64,000 nucleotides of DNA from NCBI GenBank assembly GCA_963675665.1, contig OY776510.1, positions 3,296,001 through 3,360,000 on the forward strand. The letters are read 5' to 3'. Position 1 is the stretch's first letter. Every line of letters begins with the position of its first letter. The stretch comes from Spirochaetia bacterium (GTDB taxonomy: Bacteria; Spirochaetota; Spirochaetia; UBA9216). Positions 19,538 to 29,954 of this stretch are shown here, in pieces. The notes under the pieces were generated by a model, which was not told the DNA's origin, did not search any database, and saw nothing but the letters and a program-made list of their open reading frames with translations. Made by a program: the position numbers and the translations under genes.

Positions 19538-20407
19538 CTACTCTCCTGTTTTATCAACGGCATCAATGATGACTTTTTCAACAAGCCTTAGAGCTGTATT
19601 TTTCCGGTATTCGGCAGTACTCCGCTGATCATCAATTGGGTTTACAAGATCATCATACATATTGATAAGTTTATCCGTTAAAAGTGCGGTGTCTTCAATG
19701 CGACTGCCGGTAAAAAACTTTTCAGCATCCCGGCTTCGTATAACAACAGGCGCACATGCGCCGATTGCTAGTCTGAAGTCGGAAAAAATGTTATTTTCGG
19801 TTTTTATTAATGCGGCAATACTGAGTTTTGAGAGGGCATTCGCCGCTCTTGTACCGACCTTTCTGAAAGTAACAAATGTTCTGCCCTCAGAACAATCCGG
19901 GATATCGCAGAAGATCCCGGTAACAATTTCGGCTGCAGAGAGCTCTGTTTTTCCAGGCCCGGTTATAAAGTCCTGAATCGGAATATTCCTGATTCCGTTT
20001 TCGCCGTTAACAGTGACGGAAGCGTTAAGAATATACAACGCCGGCAGCGAATCGGCAGCAGGGCTGGCATTGCAGATGTTTCCGGCAAGAGTAGCTGCAT
20101 TCCTGATTCCCGGAGCTGCAATTGACTTGAGCGATTCGCGGAGCGGTTCGGGACAGCCGGGATGACTGATGATTTCGGAAAGCGTTACACTGCTGCCGAT
20201 CAGGAATTTCCGGTTTTCAGCAGTCAATCTTCCTGTGCCGGCAATTTTTTTGCAGCTGAATATGCTGCCGCTTCCGGAATTGGCCGGATCAGATTTAAGC
20301 AGGGCGTGCCGGCGAACTATAAAATCGGTCCCTCCGCCAACGGGGCGATATCCCGCTTTAAGCAGCTCAACGGCCTGTTCTATTGATTCGGGTACAAGTT
20401 TGTTCAC
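19538..20407 (-). CDS. Xanthine dehydrogenase family FAD-binding subunit (set 2)
   Basis: GGGTD, IRNAATLAGNICNASPAAD, PIDDQRSTAEYR. GTG start overlaps the upstream stop. Confidence 0.88.
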   Translation of the reverse strand: MNKLVPESIEQAVELLKAGYRPVGGGTDFIVRRHALLKSDPANSGSGSIFSCKKIAGTGRLTAENRKFLIGSSVTLSEIISHPGCPEPLRESLKSIAAPGIRNAATLAGNICNASPAADSLPALYILNASVTVNGENGIRNIPIQDFITGPGKTELSAAEIVTGIFCDIPDCSEGRTFVTFRKVGTRAANALSKLSIAALIKTENNIFSDFRLAIGACAPVVIRSRDAEKFFTGSRIEDTALLTDKLINMYDDLVNPIDDQRSTAEYRKNTALRLVEKVIIDAVDKTGE

Positions 20408-20916
20408 AGGTTATCATCTCCATCGGGTGCGGAAAAATCAGTAGGCTTAAGTTTTCCGGCGGCAAGTCTGACCGCATCAATAATCATGGTATAACCCGTA
20501 CAACGGCAGAGGTTGCCTGAAAGCCCTGTGCGTATTTCGTCATCCGTTGGTTCCGGGTTTTGCTGAAGAAGGGCAGCGGAAGCCATTATAAAACCCGGCG
20601 TGCAGAACCCGCACTGGACTGCGCCGGCTTCTGAATATGATTCAGAAATGATTTTAAACGCTGCCGTACGGGAAAAGCCTTCAATTGTGGTAACGTTACA
20701 GCCTGCCACATTTACTGCGGGAACACAGCAGGAATTAACAAGCATGCCGTCAAGAAATACGCTGCATGCGCCGCATTCTCCTTCGCCGCAGCCTTCGCGC
20801 ACAGCTGTAATCCCGGCATCTTCCCGAAGAAGATCAAGAAGGCGCTTGTCGGGAGAAGAATTAAATGAAACAGGTCTGCCGTCAAGAGTGAAGGACAAAG
20901 TAAAATTATTGTTCAT
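20404..20916 (-). CDS. Xanthine dehydrogenase family 2x[2Fe-2S] subunit (set 2)
   Basis: GCGEGECGAC, NSC, QCGFCTPG, NLCRCTGY. Confidence 0.92.
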   Translation of the reverse strand: MNNNFTLSFTLDGRPVSFNSSPDKRLLDLLREDAGITAVREGCGEGECGACSVFLDGMLVNSCCVPAVNVAGCNVTTIEGFSRTAAFKIISESYSEAGAVQCGFCTPGFIMASAALLQQNPEPTDDEIRTGLSGNLCRCTGYTMIIDAVRLAAGKLKPTDFSAPDGDDNL

Positions 20917-23054
20917 CCAAGTTCAACCTCCAGTTTTTCAGGAGTAACGGGAATTTCGGTTATTATCTTCCCGACGGCCTGCGAGACAGCTGCTGCGAAT
21001 GCACCTGCGGGTCCTTCATTGGGAAGTTCTCCGGCAGCTTTTGCTCCAAAGGGTCCGTATCGGTAAGGATTGTCGATAAACTGGCAAAAAGTATCAGGGA
21101 AATCAAGTGTTGTGGGAATGGTATAATCAGTAAACGAAGCCTGTCCCGGTTTTCCGTTGAGAATCTGCATTTTTTCGATTGAAGCATAACCGAGACTCTG
21201 AGCAGTGCCTCCCTGCATCTGGCCGCAAAGAACCTTCATATCTATGGCAGTTCCGACATCATAAACAGCCCAGGAGCCTGTAACATGTGTTTCATAGGTT
21301 ACAGGATCAATTTCCACTTCAACAACATTGACCGACCATGAGTAACCGGGATAAGCATCACCGGTGAAGGTTGATTCATCCCATTTGAATTCTTCAGGAT
21401 GGACGTACCGTTTTTCTACTGTAACCGGTTTCCCTGAAAGGGGTGCAGCAGCAGTTTGCAGTTTTATTGACAAATCTGCAGCTGCATCCTGCAACAATTT
21501 ACCAACTATCATTATTGTACGGGAAGCAACAGTCGGGCCAGAATCGGGAACTTCCAGGGTGTCGGGCCTGTTGAATATAATTCGTTCAAGCGGCAGTTTC
21601 ATTGTTTCAGCGACAATCTTTCTTAGGGTTAATGATGCTCCCTGGCCCATTTCAACGTTTGATACAAGTATTCGTACATTGTAAGGGGCAGTCGAAGAAG
21701 GCTCTGCAGAAAGTTTTACAAGGCTTTTTATTAGTTCCTGTTCTCCGTTGCCTGTAAATGCTCCTCCGTGAGCTGCAAAGGATATACCTATTCCTTTCAT
21801 GAGATTGTTTTTGCTCTTTTTTGAGGCAGTATTATATTTTTCCCATTTATTACTGTAGTCAGAACTGTCCTCTATCATTCGGATCATTTCATCAAATTTA
21901 ATATCATCGCGAAATATTCCGCTTGTAACTGAGTGATCATTTTTTTTAAACAGATAACGTTTTTTTAAATCAAGAGGAGATAATTCCAGTTGTTCCGCAA
22001 GAAAATACATATTCATTTCAGCGGCAAAAAGCGATTGCGGACCGCCGAAACCCCTGAATGCTCCTGAAGGAACATGATTAGTTTTCATCGTGCGTCCGCG
22101 GACACTGATATTTTCTATATTATACGCTCCGGTACAAACAAATACTGCACGCTCAAGAACAACCCCCGAAAGGCTTTGATATGCTCCTGCATCAATTTTG
22201 CAGTCGATGTCCATAGCGGTTATTTTGCCGGAGTTGTCGACTGCCGTGCGAATATCGATAAGGGACGGGTGGCGTTTTGGCGTATGCATCATATCAAATC
22301 GTCTGTCAAGAATAACCTTTACAGTTTTTCCGCTTTTAATTGCGGCAGCCGCAGCCTGTCCGGCAAGAACCGAGGGGAAGTCCTCTTTTCCGCCGAAAGC
22401 GCCGCCTGTTTCGGTTTGTATTACTCTTACGTGTTCTGCGTCCAGTGCAAAGGCGTTCATCAGTGAATTACGGATATAAAACGGGCATTGCATGGATCCC
22501 CTTACAGTAAGAACTCCGTTTTTGTATTCGGCTATCATTCCCTGAGGTTCCATGTAAGCCTGTTCCTGAATTCCTGTGCGGTATGAGTTTTCAAAAATCA
22601 TGGCAGCTGAATCAAAAGCTTTTTGTGGTTCTCCTTTAACTATGCTGTAATCATTAAAAAAATCCACGGCATCTTCTATGACGGAAACAGCCGGGAGCTC
22701 TTCATATTCAGCGGTAATTGAGGAACATAACAGCCCGCATTCCGCAGGATCCGGGCCGGCTACAGCAAGCAGCGGCTGTCCGTAGTAAAGAACCTCATCT
22801 TCAGCAAAAAAAGGCCAGTCCTGTGCAACTATTGTCGCCCTGTTCCGGCCCGGAAAATCTTTGCCGTCGATAATATAAAAACCGTCGGGTATTTCCGGAA
22901 TGTTTATCTTGAGGATCTTTCCATGCTGTATCGATGCAGTTGCAAACGACATATACAACATATCCGGATACTGAATGTCGGAAACATATTCAGCTTTTCC
23001 GGAGATTTTGTCATAAGCGTCGCTGCGATTAACGGAAGCACTGATTTTATGCAA
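20913..23054 (-). CDS. Xanthine dehydrogenase family molybdopterin subunit (set 2)
   Basis: GGAFGGKE, AFRGFGGPQ, EMGQG, TVASR, GAKAAGE. TTG start with an AAGGAG RBS. Confidence 0.9.
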   Translation of the reverse strand: MHKISASVNRSDAYDKISGKAEYVSDIQYPDMLYMSFATASIQHGKILKINIPEIPDGFYIIDGKDFPGRNRATIVAQDWPFFAEDEVLYYGQPLLAVAGPDPAECGLLCSSITAEYEELPAVSVIEDAVDFFNDYSIVKGEPQKAFDSAAMIFENSYRTGIQEQAYMEPQGMIAEYKNGVLTVRGSMQCPFYIRNSLMNAFALDAEHVRVIQTETGGAFGGKEDFPSVLAGQAAAAAIKSGKTVKVILDRRFDMMHTPKRHPSLIDIRTAVDNSGKITAMDIDCKIDAGAYQSLSGVVLERAVFVCTGAYNIENISVRGRTMKTNHVPSGAFRGFGGPQSLFAAEMNMYFLAEQLELSPLDLKKRYLFKKNDHSVTSGIFRDDIKFDEMIRMIEDSSDYSNKWEKYNTASKKSKNNLMKGIGISFAAHGGAFTGNGEQELIKSLVKLSAEPSSTAPYNVRILVSNVEMGQGASLTLRKIVAETMKLPLERIIFNRPDTLEVPDSGPTVASRTIMIVGKLLQDAAADLSIKLQTAAAPLSGKPVTVEKRYVHPEEFKWDESTFTGDAYPGYSWSVNVVEVEIDPVTYETHVTGSWAVYDVGTAIDMKVLCGQMQGGTAQSLGYASIEKMQILNGKPGQASFTDYTIPTTLDFPDTFCQFIDNPYRYGPFGAKAAGELPNEGPAGAFAAAVSQAVGKIITEIPVTPEKLEVELG

Positions 23055-23064
23055 AACTATCTCC

Positions 23065-24225
23065 TTAAAGATTAAGCGCCTTCATTGCGCCGTCGATATC
23101 CTTTAAACCGTTTCCGGTAACAAGCAGTACTGAACAGTCCCTGTCTTTCAGTTTGTTTCGCACCTGTAAAAAACCGGCAAGAACCGATGCTGATGACGGT
23201 TCGGCAAACAGACCTGTAGAGGCTGAAAGTTTTACCTGTGCCTTCAGAATGGCTTCGTCCGATACCGTGATTGTATTGCCGCCGTATTTCCTGAGCATAT
23301 TCAGCGCAAAATAACCATTACGGGGGACATCCACAGAAATGGAATCCGCAATGGTGTTTGAAGGCAAAGGCGTTGAAAAATCACCGTCTTTAAATGCCCT
23401 GTTTATAGCAGATGAGCCTTCGGCCTGAACAGAGTGAATTACAGGAATTTTGTCGGTATATCCTTTTTCATAAAGATCGATAAAACCCCGGTAGAGGCCA
23501 CCGAGAATTACTCCGTCTCCGACAGGTACAAAAACATGATCCGGGGCAATACCGGTTTGAATGAAAATTTCAAGAGCGGCCGTCTTCTTCCCTTCGATGG
23601 TAAGCGGATTATAAGCAGTATTGCGGTTAAGTCCGCCGAATTTGTCAGTGTATGCAATCGATTGATCAAAGGCAAGATCATAGGTGCCGTCAACGAGGTT
23701 AACATCAGCGCCGTATTGCATTGCCTGCACCATCTTTGCTTTGGGCGCTGAAGACGGAATAAATATTTTGACTTTCAACCCGGCTGCCGCTCCGATACCT
23801 GCCATTGAAGAAGCGGCATTTCCCGTGGACGCGACGACAATATCACTGATTTTATATTTAAGGGCAAATGCGGCGACAAGGAATGAAGCCCTGTCTTTCA
23901 GAGAGCCGGTAGGATTGCGGGTATCATCCTTGATGAACATATTCGGCATGCCGAATTCGGCCCTTAGGTTGGAGGGTGTCCAGAGCGGGGTCATGCCTGC
24001 CGGCGTCGAAGGGAAATATCTGTGTTCTACAGGCAGCAGGCAATGAATGAACTTTACAGGATCTTCCTCCGGAGTAATTTCGGGTTTACCTTCGCAAACT
24101 GTCGCAAGTACGCCGCGAAGTGGACGGTCCTGCTTTTGTTTTGATTTGCAGGCGGGACAGATGTTGACATTAGGTCTTATATCAAAGGTCAAACCGCAAT
24201 CTGTACATTTATAATAAAATTTCAT
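23065..24225 (-). CDS. Threonine-synthase-like PLP enzyme (fold type II) in the purine operon
   Basis: N-terminal CxxC..CxxC, NPTGSLKDR (PLP lysine), ASTGN, EGKKT, PVGDG, TGNGLKD. Confidence 0.8.
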   Translation of the reverse strand: MKFYYKCTDCGLTFDIRPNVNICPACKSKQKQDRPLRGVLATVCEGKPEITPEEDPVKFIHCLLPVEHRYFPSTPAGMTPLWTPSNLRAEFGMPNMFIKDDTRNPTGSLKDRASFLVAAFALKYKISDIVVASTGNAASSMAGIGAAAGLKVKIFIPSSAPKAKMVQAMQYGADVNLVDGTYDLAFDQSIAYTDKFGGLNRNTAYNPLTIEGKKTAALEIFIQTGIAPDHVFVPVGDGVILGGLYRGFIDLYEKGYTDKIPVIHSVQAEGSSAINRAFKDGDFSTPLPSNTIADSISVDVPRNGYFALNMLRKYGGNTITVSDEAILKAQVKLSASTGLFAEPSSASVLAGFLQVRNKLKDRDCSVLLVTGNGLKDIDGAMKALNL

Positions 24226-25424
24226 TTGTTTTCTTCCAGGCTGTAGACCAGAGCAGCGTAAAAAGCGCTGCAGATTACAAGATCATCTATGCGGTTTACT
24301 TCATTTGGAGCATGGGCCTGGTTTTCATCACCGGGACCGAATCCTATTGTGGGAATCTGGTATCGACCGCATACGGAAACGGCATTTGTTGAAAAAGTCC
24401 ATTTATCTACTTTAACCTTTTTATTGTAGAGAGTTTCATAGGCTTTTTCTCCTGAAACAACCAGAGGATGCATGCGATCTATTTTCCAGGTCGGAAAATA
24501 AAGCTCCTGCCCGTATTTTGTTCCTTTCCAGCTGGTTTTATCATAATAAGGGATTTTTACATCTTCACATTCAGGAATTGCTTTACTGACCTGGTTTAAC
24601 GCTATTTCCTTTGTTTCTCCCCAGGTGAGACGGCGGTCAAGGTATAAGCGTGCGGTATCGGGAACGGCGCACTGGGAGGGGCCGGAAGCGGACATCTGTG
24701 AAACGACTACGGTTCCCTTTCCAAGAAAGTTTTCTTCATCAGGCTGCAGCTCTTCATTGAGTTTTTCAATTGCAAGTGCGCCGCGCGAAGCCTTGTATGC
24801 GGAATTTATTCCCCGTTCAGGCGCCGAGCCGTGACATGAAATACCTTTGAACAGGACCTCCATTTCCATGCGCCCGCGATGTCCCCTGTACAGGTTGCAT
24901 GAAGAAGGCTCTGTGCTTATGAAGAAGTCAGGTATGAGTTTTTCAACTTCAATTATGTATTTCCAGCACATTCCGTCGCAATCTTCTTCCATAACTGTAA
25001 ATGTAAAGAATACTGAAAAATCCCCGTCGTATTCAAGCTCTTTAAGTATACGGCCTGCGGCTATCATTGATGCAGCGCCGCCTTTCTGATCGGTTGAGCC
25101 GCGTCCTTTTACAAGGCTTTCGGTTATTTCTCCGGAGAAGGGATCAGTAGTCCACTGATCAGGATCTCCTACCGTTACCGTATCAATGTGTGCGTCAAAA
25201 ATGATCTTTTGCGGACCGGAACCGACTCTGCCTATCAGATTGCCCAGACCGTCCACATAAACCTCATCAAAACCTGCAGCAATGCACAGCTCACTGATTT
25301 TTTTAATAACATTTCCTTCTTCACCGCTGAAACTGGGAATTTTAACAATTTCCGAAAGAACCTCTGCAGTGTATTTGCGGTATTTTTCAGACATTTCTTT
25401 TATAATACTGATTTTTTCTTTCAT
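24222..25424 (-). CDS. ygeY: YgeY family M20 hydrolase
   Basis: DAHIDTV, GRGSTDQKGG, EEDCDG, YRGHRGRME, CHGSAPERG, KWTFSTN, AHAPNE. Start reset to MKEKI (25424). Confidence 0.9.
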   Translation of the reverse strand: MKEKISIIKEMSEKYRKYTAEVLSEIVKIPSFSGEEGNVIKKISELCIAAGFDEVYVDGLGNLIGRVGSGPQKIIFDAHIDTVTVGDPDQWTTDPFSGEITESLVKGRGSTDQKGGAASMIAAGRILKELEYDGDFSVFFTFTVMEEDCDGMCWKYIIEVEKLIPDFFISTEPSSCNLYRGHRGRMEMEVLFKGISCHGSAPERGINSAYKASRGALAIEKLNEELQPDEENFLGKGTVVVSQMSASGPSQCAVPDTARLYLDRRLTWGETKEIALNQVSKAIPECEDVKIPYYDKTSWKGTKYGQELYFPTWKIDRMHPLVVSGEKAYETLYNKKVKVDKWTFSTNAVSVCGRYQIPTIGFGPGDENQAHAPNEVNRIDDLVICSAFYAALVYSLEENK

Positions 25425-25428
25425 TCTA

Positions 25429-26349
25429 TCATCCTGTAATATCCGGATATTTGCCCTTGATTTCCAAAAGGCTGTTGTAACCATTGCTTTCAAGCCATTG
25501 CAAAATCTCAAGTGAGATTCTGCCGTAGACCGACGGACCTTCCCGGATGGCTGCCGTGCAGACCTGAACCAATGAAGCTCCCGCCATTATGAATTTGACA
25601 GCGTCAATTCCACTGGATATTCCACCGACGCCTATTACAGGCTTGCTGACTATTTTTGATATTCTGTAAACAATTCCGAGAGCTATAGGTAACAAGGGCG
25701 GTCCCGACATCCACCCCTGTCCCCATTCGGAACCAAGAGATTTTCGGCAAAGCGACGGATTGAAATCCAGGGCCGGGCCGTAGGAATTAACTGCCACAAA
25801 AGCGTCTACAAAGGGTTCGGCCGCCTGAACAAGAGCTTCCAGATCGGGGAACCCCGGCGATACTTTCATCCATACAGGAATATCGGAAGCTTTTTTAAGA
25901 GATTCGGCAACTCCGATAAGCGGTTTTATATCATGGCCTGTATAATGCGTGGAAAATTCAATTGCATCGGGACGAATCTCTTTTTCGATCAGCTTTCCGA
26001 GGAATTCCACATCCTGTGCGCTGTATCCGATAGAAATAATAAGAGGCACCCGGTTCCCGTCATCTTCAGCGCAGACGGCTGATTTTACTTTCTTCAGTTC
26101 GGGTATGAAGTTTTGATAAGTGTCTTCAAGCCATGTTTCACAGTTAAGAAGGCCTCCGCAGACTGTTTTTTTCATTGTAGGTCTGGGATCCGACGCAGGA
26201 ACTACTGAAAAAGTTTTTGAAACAACCGCGCCCGCGCCAAGTTCGGCCGCCTTAATCATCAGTTCTGCAGTTTTAACATTTGGTCCGGCAGCAGGCATCA
26301 CCGGGTTCGGAAATTTAATTCCGCATACTGTGGATGCAAGATCAGCCAT
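25429..26349 (-). CDS. Dihydroorotate/dihydropyrimidine dehydrogenase-like FMN protein, stand-alone, no Fe-S tail
   Basis: NPVMPAAGP, VVSKT, PVWMKVSP, MSGP, IGVGGISSG, MAGASLVQVCTA. The active-site loop reads EFSTHY rather than NxSCP. Confidence 0.75.
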   Translation of the reverse strand: MADLASTVCGIKFPNPVMPAAGPNVKTAELMIKAAELGAGAVVSKTFSVVPASDPRPTMKKTVCGGLLNCETWLEDTYQNFIPELKKVKSAVCAEDDGNRVPLIISIGYSAQDVEFLGKLIEKEIRPDAIEFSTHYTGHDIKPLIGVAESLKKASDIPVWMKVSPGFPDLEALVQAAEPFVDAFVAVNSYGPALDFNPSLCRKSLGSEWGQGWMSGPPLLPIALGIVYRISKIVSKPVIGVGGISSGIDAVKFIMAGASLVQVCTAAIREGPSVYGRISLEILQWLESNGYNSLLEIKGKYPDITG

Positions 26350-27649
26350 AGTATCTCCTGTGCAGCTTTTCAGCTGCTGTTTTTATCTGATTTCTTAATG
26401 ATTTTTCAAAGGTAAATGTAATTTTACCGTCCTGATATAGAATATTACCGTCGGCGATAGTCATGAACACCCGCCCCCCGCGCGCGCCGAAAATAAGATG
26501 ACCGATTATATTCCCGGCGTTGCAGGGCGTTTCGGGTATATAGTCAAGAACTGCGATATCGGCCGGGAATCCTTTCTCAATTTTCCCGGTTCCCGGGAAA
26601 AAGTCTTCAAGCAGAAGATGCGGAAGATCCATAAATGTGCGCCGGAGTGTTTCAAAATTTTCGGAAAGACCGTTGCCCAGCAAATACTGGGCGCGCAGAG
26701 AATTTATCATATCGAAACTCATTCCGTCTGTCCCGATTAAATAATCTCCGAGCCTGTTGCGATCAGGTTTTCCGACCCTGTTGTTTGCATTGGATTCCGG
26801 ATTGCTAATTACCCAGGGTTTTATCTCGTTAAGGATTTCATAATCCCTGTCGGACAGGTGTATACAGTGAGCTAATATTGATTTCGCGCTTAAAAGATTG
26901 AAAGAATCAAGCCTGTCCACAGGGCCCTTAAAGCCGTCCTGAATACAGAATTCAAGATCATGCAAGCCCTCGCCGCAGTGGATGTGAACAGGATATTTAT
27001 CCCGGGATGAGCTGAGAATACCGGATAACTGCTGAAGGGTTTTTCTGCCTAACGTAAAGTTTGCGTGAAGACCTATCATCCCGTGAATTCTGCTGTCGTC
27101 AAGATGGGCCTCAATGAAGTTAATGCTCTCATTAAGATGAGCAGATGAGTTTTTCGAACTGTCGCGGTCCGAGGTCTCGAAACAGAGGACTCCCCTGATA
27201 CCGGTAAGATCGAAAGCTTTTTTAACCGCTGTAAGGCTGCCTTCCACGTAATACATTGAAGCATGATGATCAAAAATACAGGTAACTCCATGTTTTACCG
27301 CATCGAGAATTCCCGATACGGCGCTGTAATAAACTGTTTCTTCGTCAAGAGCGGCATCAAGCGGCCACCAGAAATTGGACAACACTTCTGTAAAAGTGTT
27401 ATTGGGTCCCTTGGGCGACAGCCCCGTCGACAGTGATGAATATAAATGTGCATGCGGATTTACAAAACCCGGAACGGTGATTCTTCCGTCAAGATCTATT
27501 TTTTTTATTCCTTCAGTCAGCGTCGAATCGGTTTCGCCGCATCGGCAGACGGAAGTTATAATACCGTTTTCTACAAGGATTTCTCCGCAGCCGAAAAAAC
27601 TGCCGGGTGAAAAGATGATGCAGTTCTGCAAAAGGAACCGGTTATTCAT
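26342..27649 (-). CDS. ssnA: SsnA-like amidohydrolase
   Basis: HAHLYS, DHHAS, LCFETSDR, GLHANFT, HIHCGEG, NPESNANN, GTDG. Context of yge genes. Confidence 0.8.
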   Translation of the reverse strand: MNNRFLLQNCIIFSPGSFFGCGEILVENGIITSVCRCGETDSTLTEGIKKIDLDGRITVPGFVNPHAHLYSSLSTGLSPKGPNNTFTEVLSNFWWPLDAALDEETVYYSAVSGILDAVKHGVTCIFDHHASMYYVEGSLTAVKKAFDLTGIRGVLCFETSDRDSSKNSSAHLNESINFIEAHLDDSRIHGMIGLHANFTLGRKTLQQLSGILSSSRDKYPVHIHCGEGLHDLEFCIQDGFKGPVDRLDSFNLLSAKSILAHCIHLSDRDYEILNEIKPWVISNPESNANNRVGKPDRNRLGDYLIGTDGMSFDMINSLRAQYLLGNGLSENFETLRRTFMDLPHLLLEDFFPGTGKIEKGFPADIAVLDYIPETPCNAGNIIGHLIFGARGGRVFMTIADGNILYQDGKITFTFEKSLRNQIKTAAEKLHRRYYG

Positions 27650-29954
27650 TAATAAGCGACCAGACCTTTTCAGGGGTAAACGGGGTATGCCTGAGTCTTA
27701 TTCCGACGGCATCGTAAACTGCATTGGCAATGGCCGGTGCCGGACCGTTTAGAGCAATCTCCCCGACGCTTTTTGCCCCGTATGGTCCGCTCTCCTCAAA
27801 GGTGTCTGCAAGAATTGTGATAATCTCGGGAGTATCCATAATTGAGTATATTTTATATCTTCCGAAATCCGGATTTGTCATCTTTCCCCTGTCGTTAAAA
27901 AGGTATTCTTCAGTCAGCGCATAGGAAATTCCGTTAAGAACGGCGCCTTCAACCTGCCCCTCGGCAAGCAGGGGGTTAAGGGGCATTCCGCAGTCAACCG
28001 CCGCTGCGTATTTGAGAATAAATATTTCACCGGTTTCGATATCAACTTCAACGTCGGCAAACTGTGCTGAAAACGGCGGAGGTGATTCGTGTGCAACGAA
28101 GGAGGCTGTTGCCTGTATCTGCAGCTGTCCACTGGTGTACATTCGGTATGCGCAAATATCGCCGTAGCTGATGATTTTCCCGCCGGCAGATACAACATTC
28201 CCGTCTGATGCAGAAAGCGATTCAGCATCAGTCAACAGCATTTCCGCCGCTGCGTCAAGAATTATCCGAAAAACATCTTCGGCGCATTTTCTGACGGCGT
28301 TTCCGGTGATATATGTGGTTGATGAAGCATAAGCGCCGGTATCAAAAGGAGTTGTATCGGTGTCCGAAGACAGCACTATCATGTTTTCGTAATCGGTATG
28401 CAGTGCTTCAGCCGCTATCTGGGCAAGTATTGTATCGCTGCCGGTACCTATGTCGGTTGCACCGGTGGTGAGATTAAATGAACCGTCTTCATTCATCTTG
28501 ATATGGCAGCTTGCCATATCAATTTCAGGAATTCCCGAGCCCTGCATGCAGACCGCTGCGCCTACACCGCGGACACGGTTTCCGTTTCGGGATCGTTTGC
28601 CCCTGTGATCTTTCCATCCTATTGCCCCGGCGCCCCGATCAATACATTCGGACAGGCCGCATGATTTAATATACTGGCTTACACCTTCTTTTCCTTCGCC
28701 GAGGGCTTCAAATACCCGGGAGGTTTCACCGCTTTTGATATGCCATTTTTTGACGTACTCACAGAAATCAATACCGCAGAAACGGGCGGCTTCATCAATG
28801 TGCTGATTGAGGGCAAAATAACCCTGAGTAGCGCCGTATCCCCTGTAGGCTCCTCCCACCGGAAGGTTCGTATAAACACTTCTGCCGGTAAAGCTCATAT
28901 TTTCTATCTTGTTGAAAAGCGGAAGAACCTTGGCCCCGGCATTTGACAGAACGGTAAGTGCATGAGGCCCGTAGGCGCCGGCATTCATCAGATCGTCGAC
29001 TTCAAGGGCCGTAATTGTTCCGTCTTTTTTTACGCCCATTTTAATGCGGCTTCGCATGGCGTGACGGGTGCGTGCATTGATAAATACTTCTTTTCTGCTG
29101 AAGACAATTTTGGCGGGGCGTTTAAGCTTCCATGCTGTAAAGGCCGCAACCTGTTCAAGGAAAACTTCCTGTTTCCCGCCGAACCCTCCGCCGACGCGGG
29201 GTTTGATAACACGTATATTCCTGATCTCGATTCCACAGACACGGCTTACTATTCGGCGGACATGAAAAGGAACCTGTGTTGCAGTAATAATAACCATGCG
29301 GCCCCTTTCGTCAAAATATACCTGTACAGCATGCGGTTCAGTAGCGCAATGAGATGCATATTGCATGCTGTAGGTTTCGTCGAGAATTGTGTCGGCTTCA
29401 GAGAAGCCTTTTTCCATGTCTCCGAAACCGGTAACAATTTCGGCGGCTACATTCTGTTCGGGCCTGTAAGTGACGGGTATTGCCGGATATTCATCATCTG
29501 TATGAAGCAGAGGGGCATTTTTGTCCATTGCCTTCTCAATGTCAAACAGGGCTAGGGTTTCATCAATCTCTACCTTGATTAGTTTCAGTGCGGCTTCAGC
29601 CATTTCTTTTGATTCGGCAGCAACGGCGGCTATACGGTCGCCGATAAAGCGAAGCTTGCTGTCAAACATACGGCAGTCGTAAGGCGACGGTTCAGGGAAG
29701 CCCTGGCCCGCTGTAGTATGAAGTACATCCGGTGTATTGCCGAAATAGAGCACCGCCTTTACGCCTTCAGCCGTTTCAGCTTCGGATATGTCGATACTGC
29801 GTATTATTCCGCTCGGGACGTCTGAATACCTGAAGGCGATATGAACGGGCGATTCAATTTTGAAATCATCGGTAAATTTTTCATTTCCGCATGCAAGCGC
29901 CAGAGAATCCATTTTGGAATGAGACTTGCCGGCTGATTTAAAATTATTATTCAT
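27642..29954 (-). CDS. Xanthine dehydrogenase family molybdopterin subunit (set 1, XdhD-like)
   Basis: TTAGQGFPEPSPYD, GGGFGGKQE, AYRGYGATQG, DIGTG, YASS, GAKSVGE. Confidence 0.9.
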   Translation of the reverse strand: MNNNFKSAGKSHSKMDSLALACGNEKFTDDFKIESPVHIAFRYSDVPSGIIRSIDISEAETAEGVKAVLYFGNTPDVLHTTAGQGFPEPSPYDCRMFDSKLRFIGDRIAAVAAESKEMAEAALKLIKVEIDETLALFDIEKAMDKNAPLLHTDDEYPAIPVTYRPEQNVAAEIVTGFGDMEKGFSEADTILDETYSMQYASHCATEPHAVQVYFDERGRMVIITATQVPFHVRRIVSRVCGIEIRNIRVIKPRVGGGFGGKQEVFLEQVAAFTAWKLKRPAKIVFSRKEVFINARTRHAMRSRIKMGVKKDGTITALEVDDLMNAGAYGPHALTVLSNAGAKVLPLFNKIENMSFTGRSVYTNLPVGGAYRGYGATQGYFALNQHIDEAARFCGIDFCEYVKKWHIKSGETSRVFEALGEGKEGVSQYIKSCGLSECIDRGAGAIGWKDHRGKRSRNGNRVRGVGAAVCMQGSGIPEIDMASCHIKMNEDGSFNLTTGATDIGTGSDTILAQIAAEALHTDYENMIVLSSDTDTTPFDTGAYASSTTYITGNAVRKCAEDVFRIILDAAAEMLLTDAESLSASDGNVVSAGGKIISYGDICAYRMYTSGQLQIQATASFVAHESPPPFSAQFADVEVDIETGEIFILKYAAAVDCGMPLNPLLAEGQVEGAVLNGISYALTEEYLFNDRGKMTNPDFGRYKIYSIMDTPEIITILADTFEESGPYGAKSVGEIALNGPAPAIANAVYDAVGIRLRHTPFTPEKVWSLINE

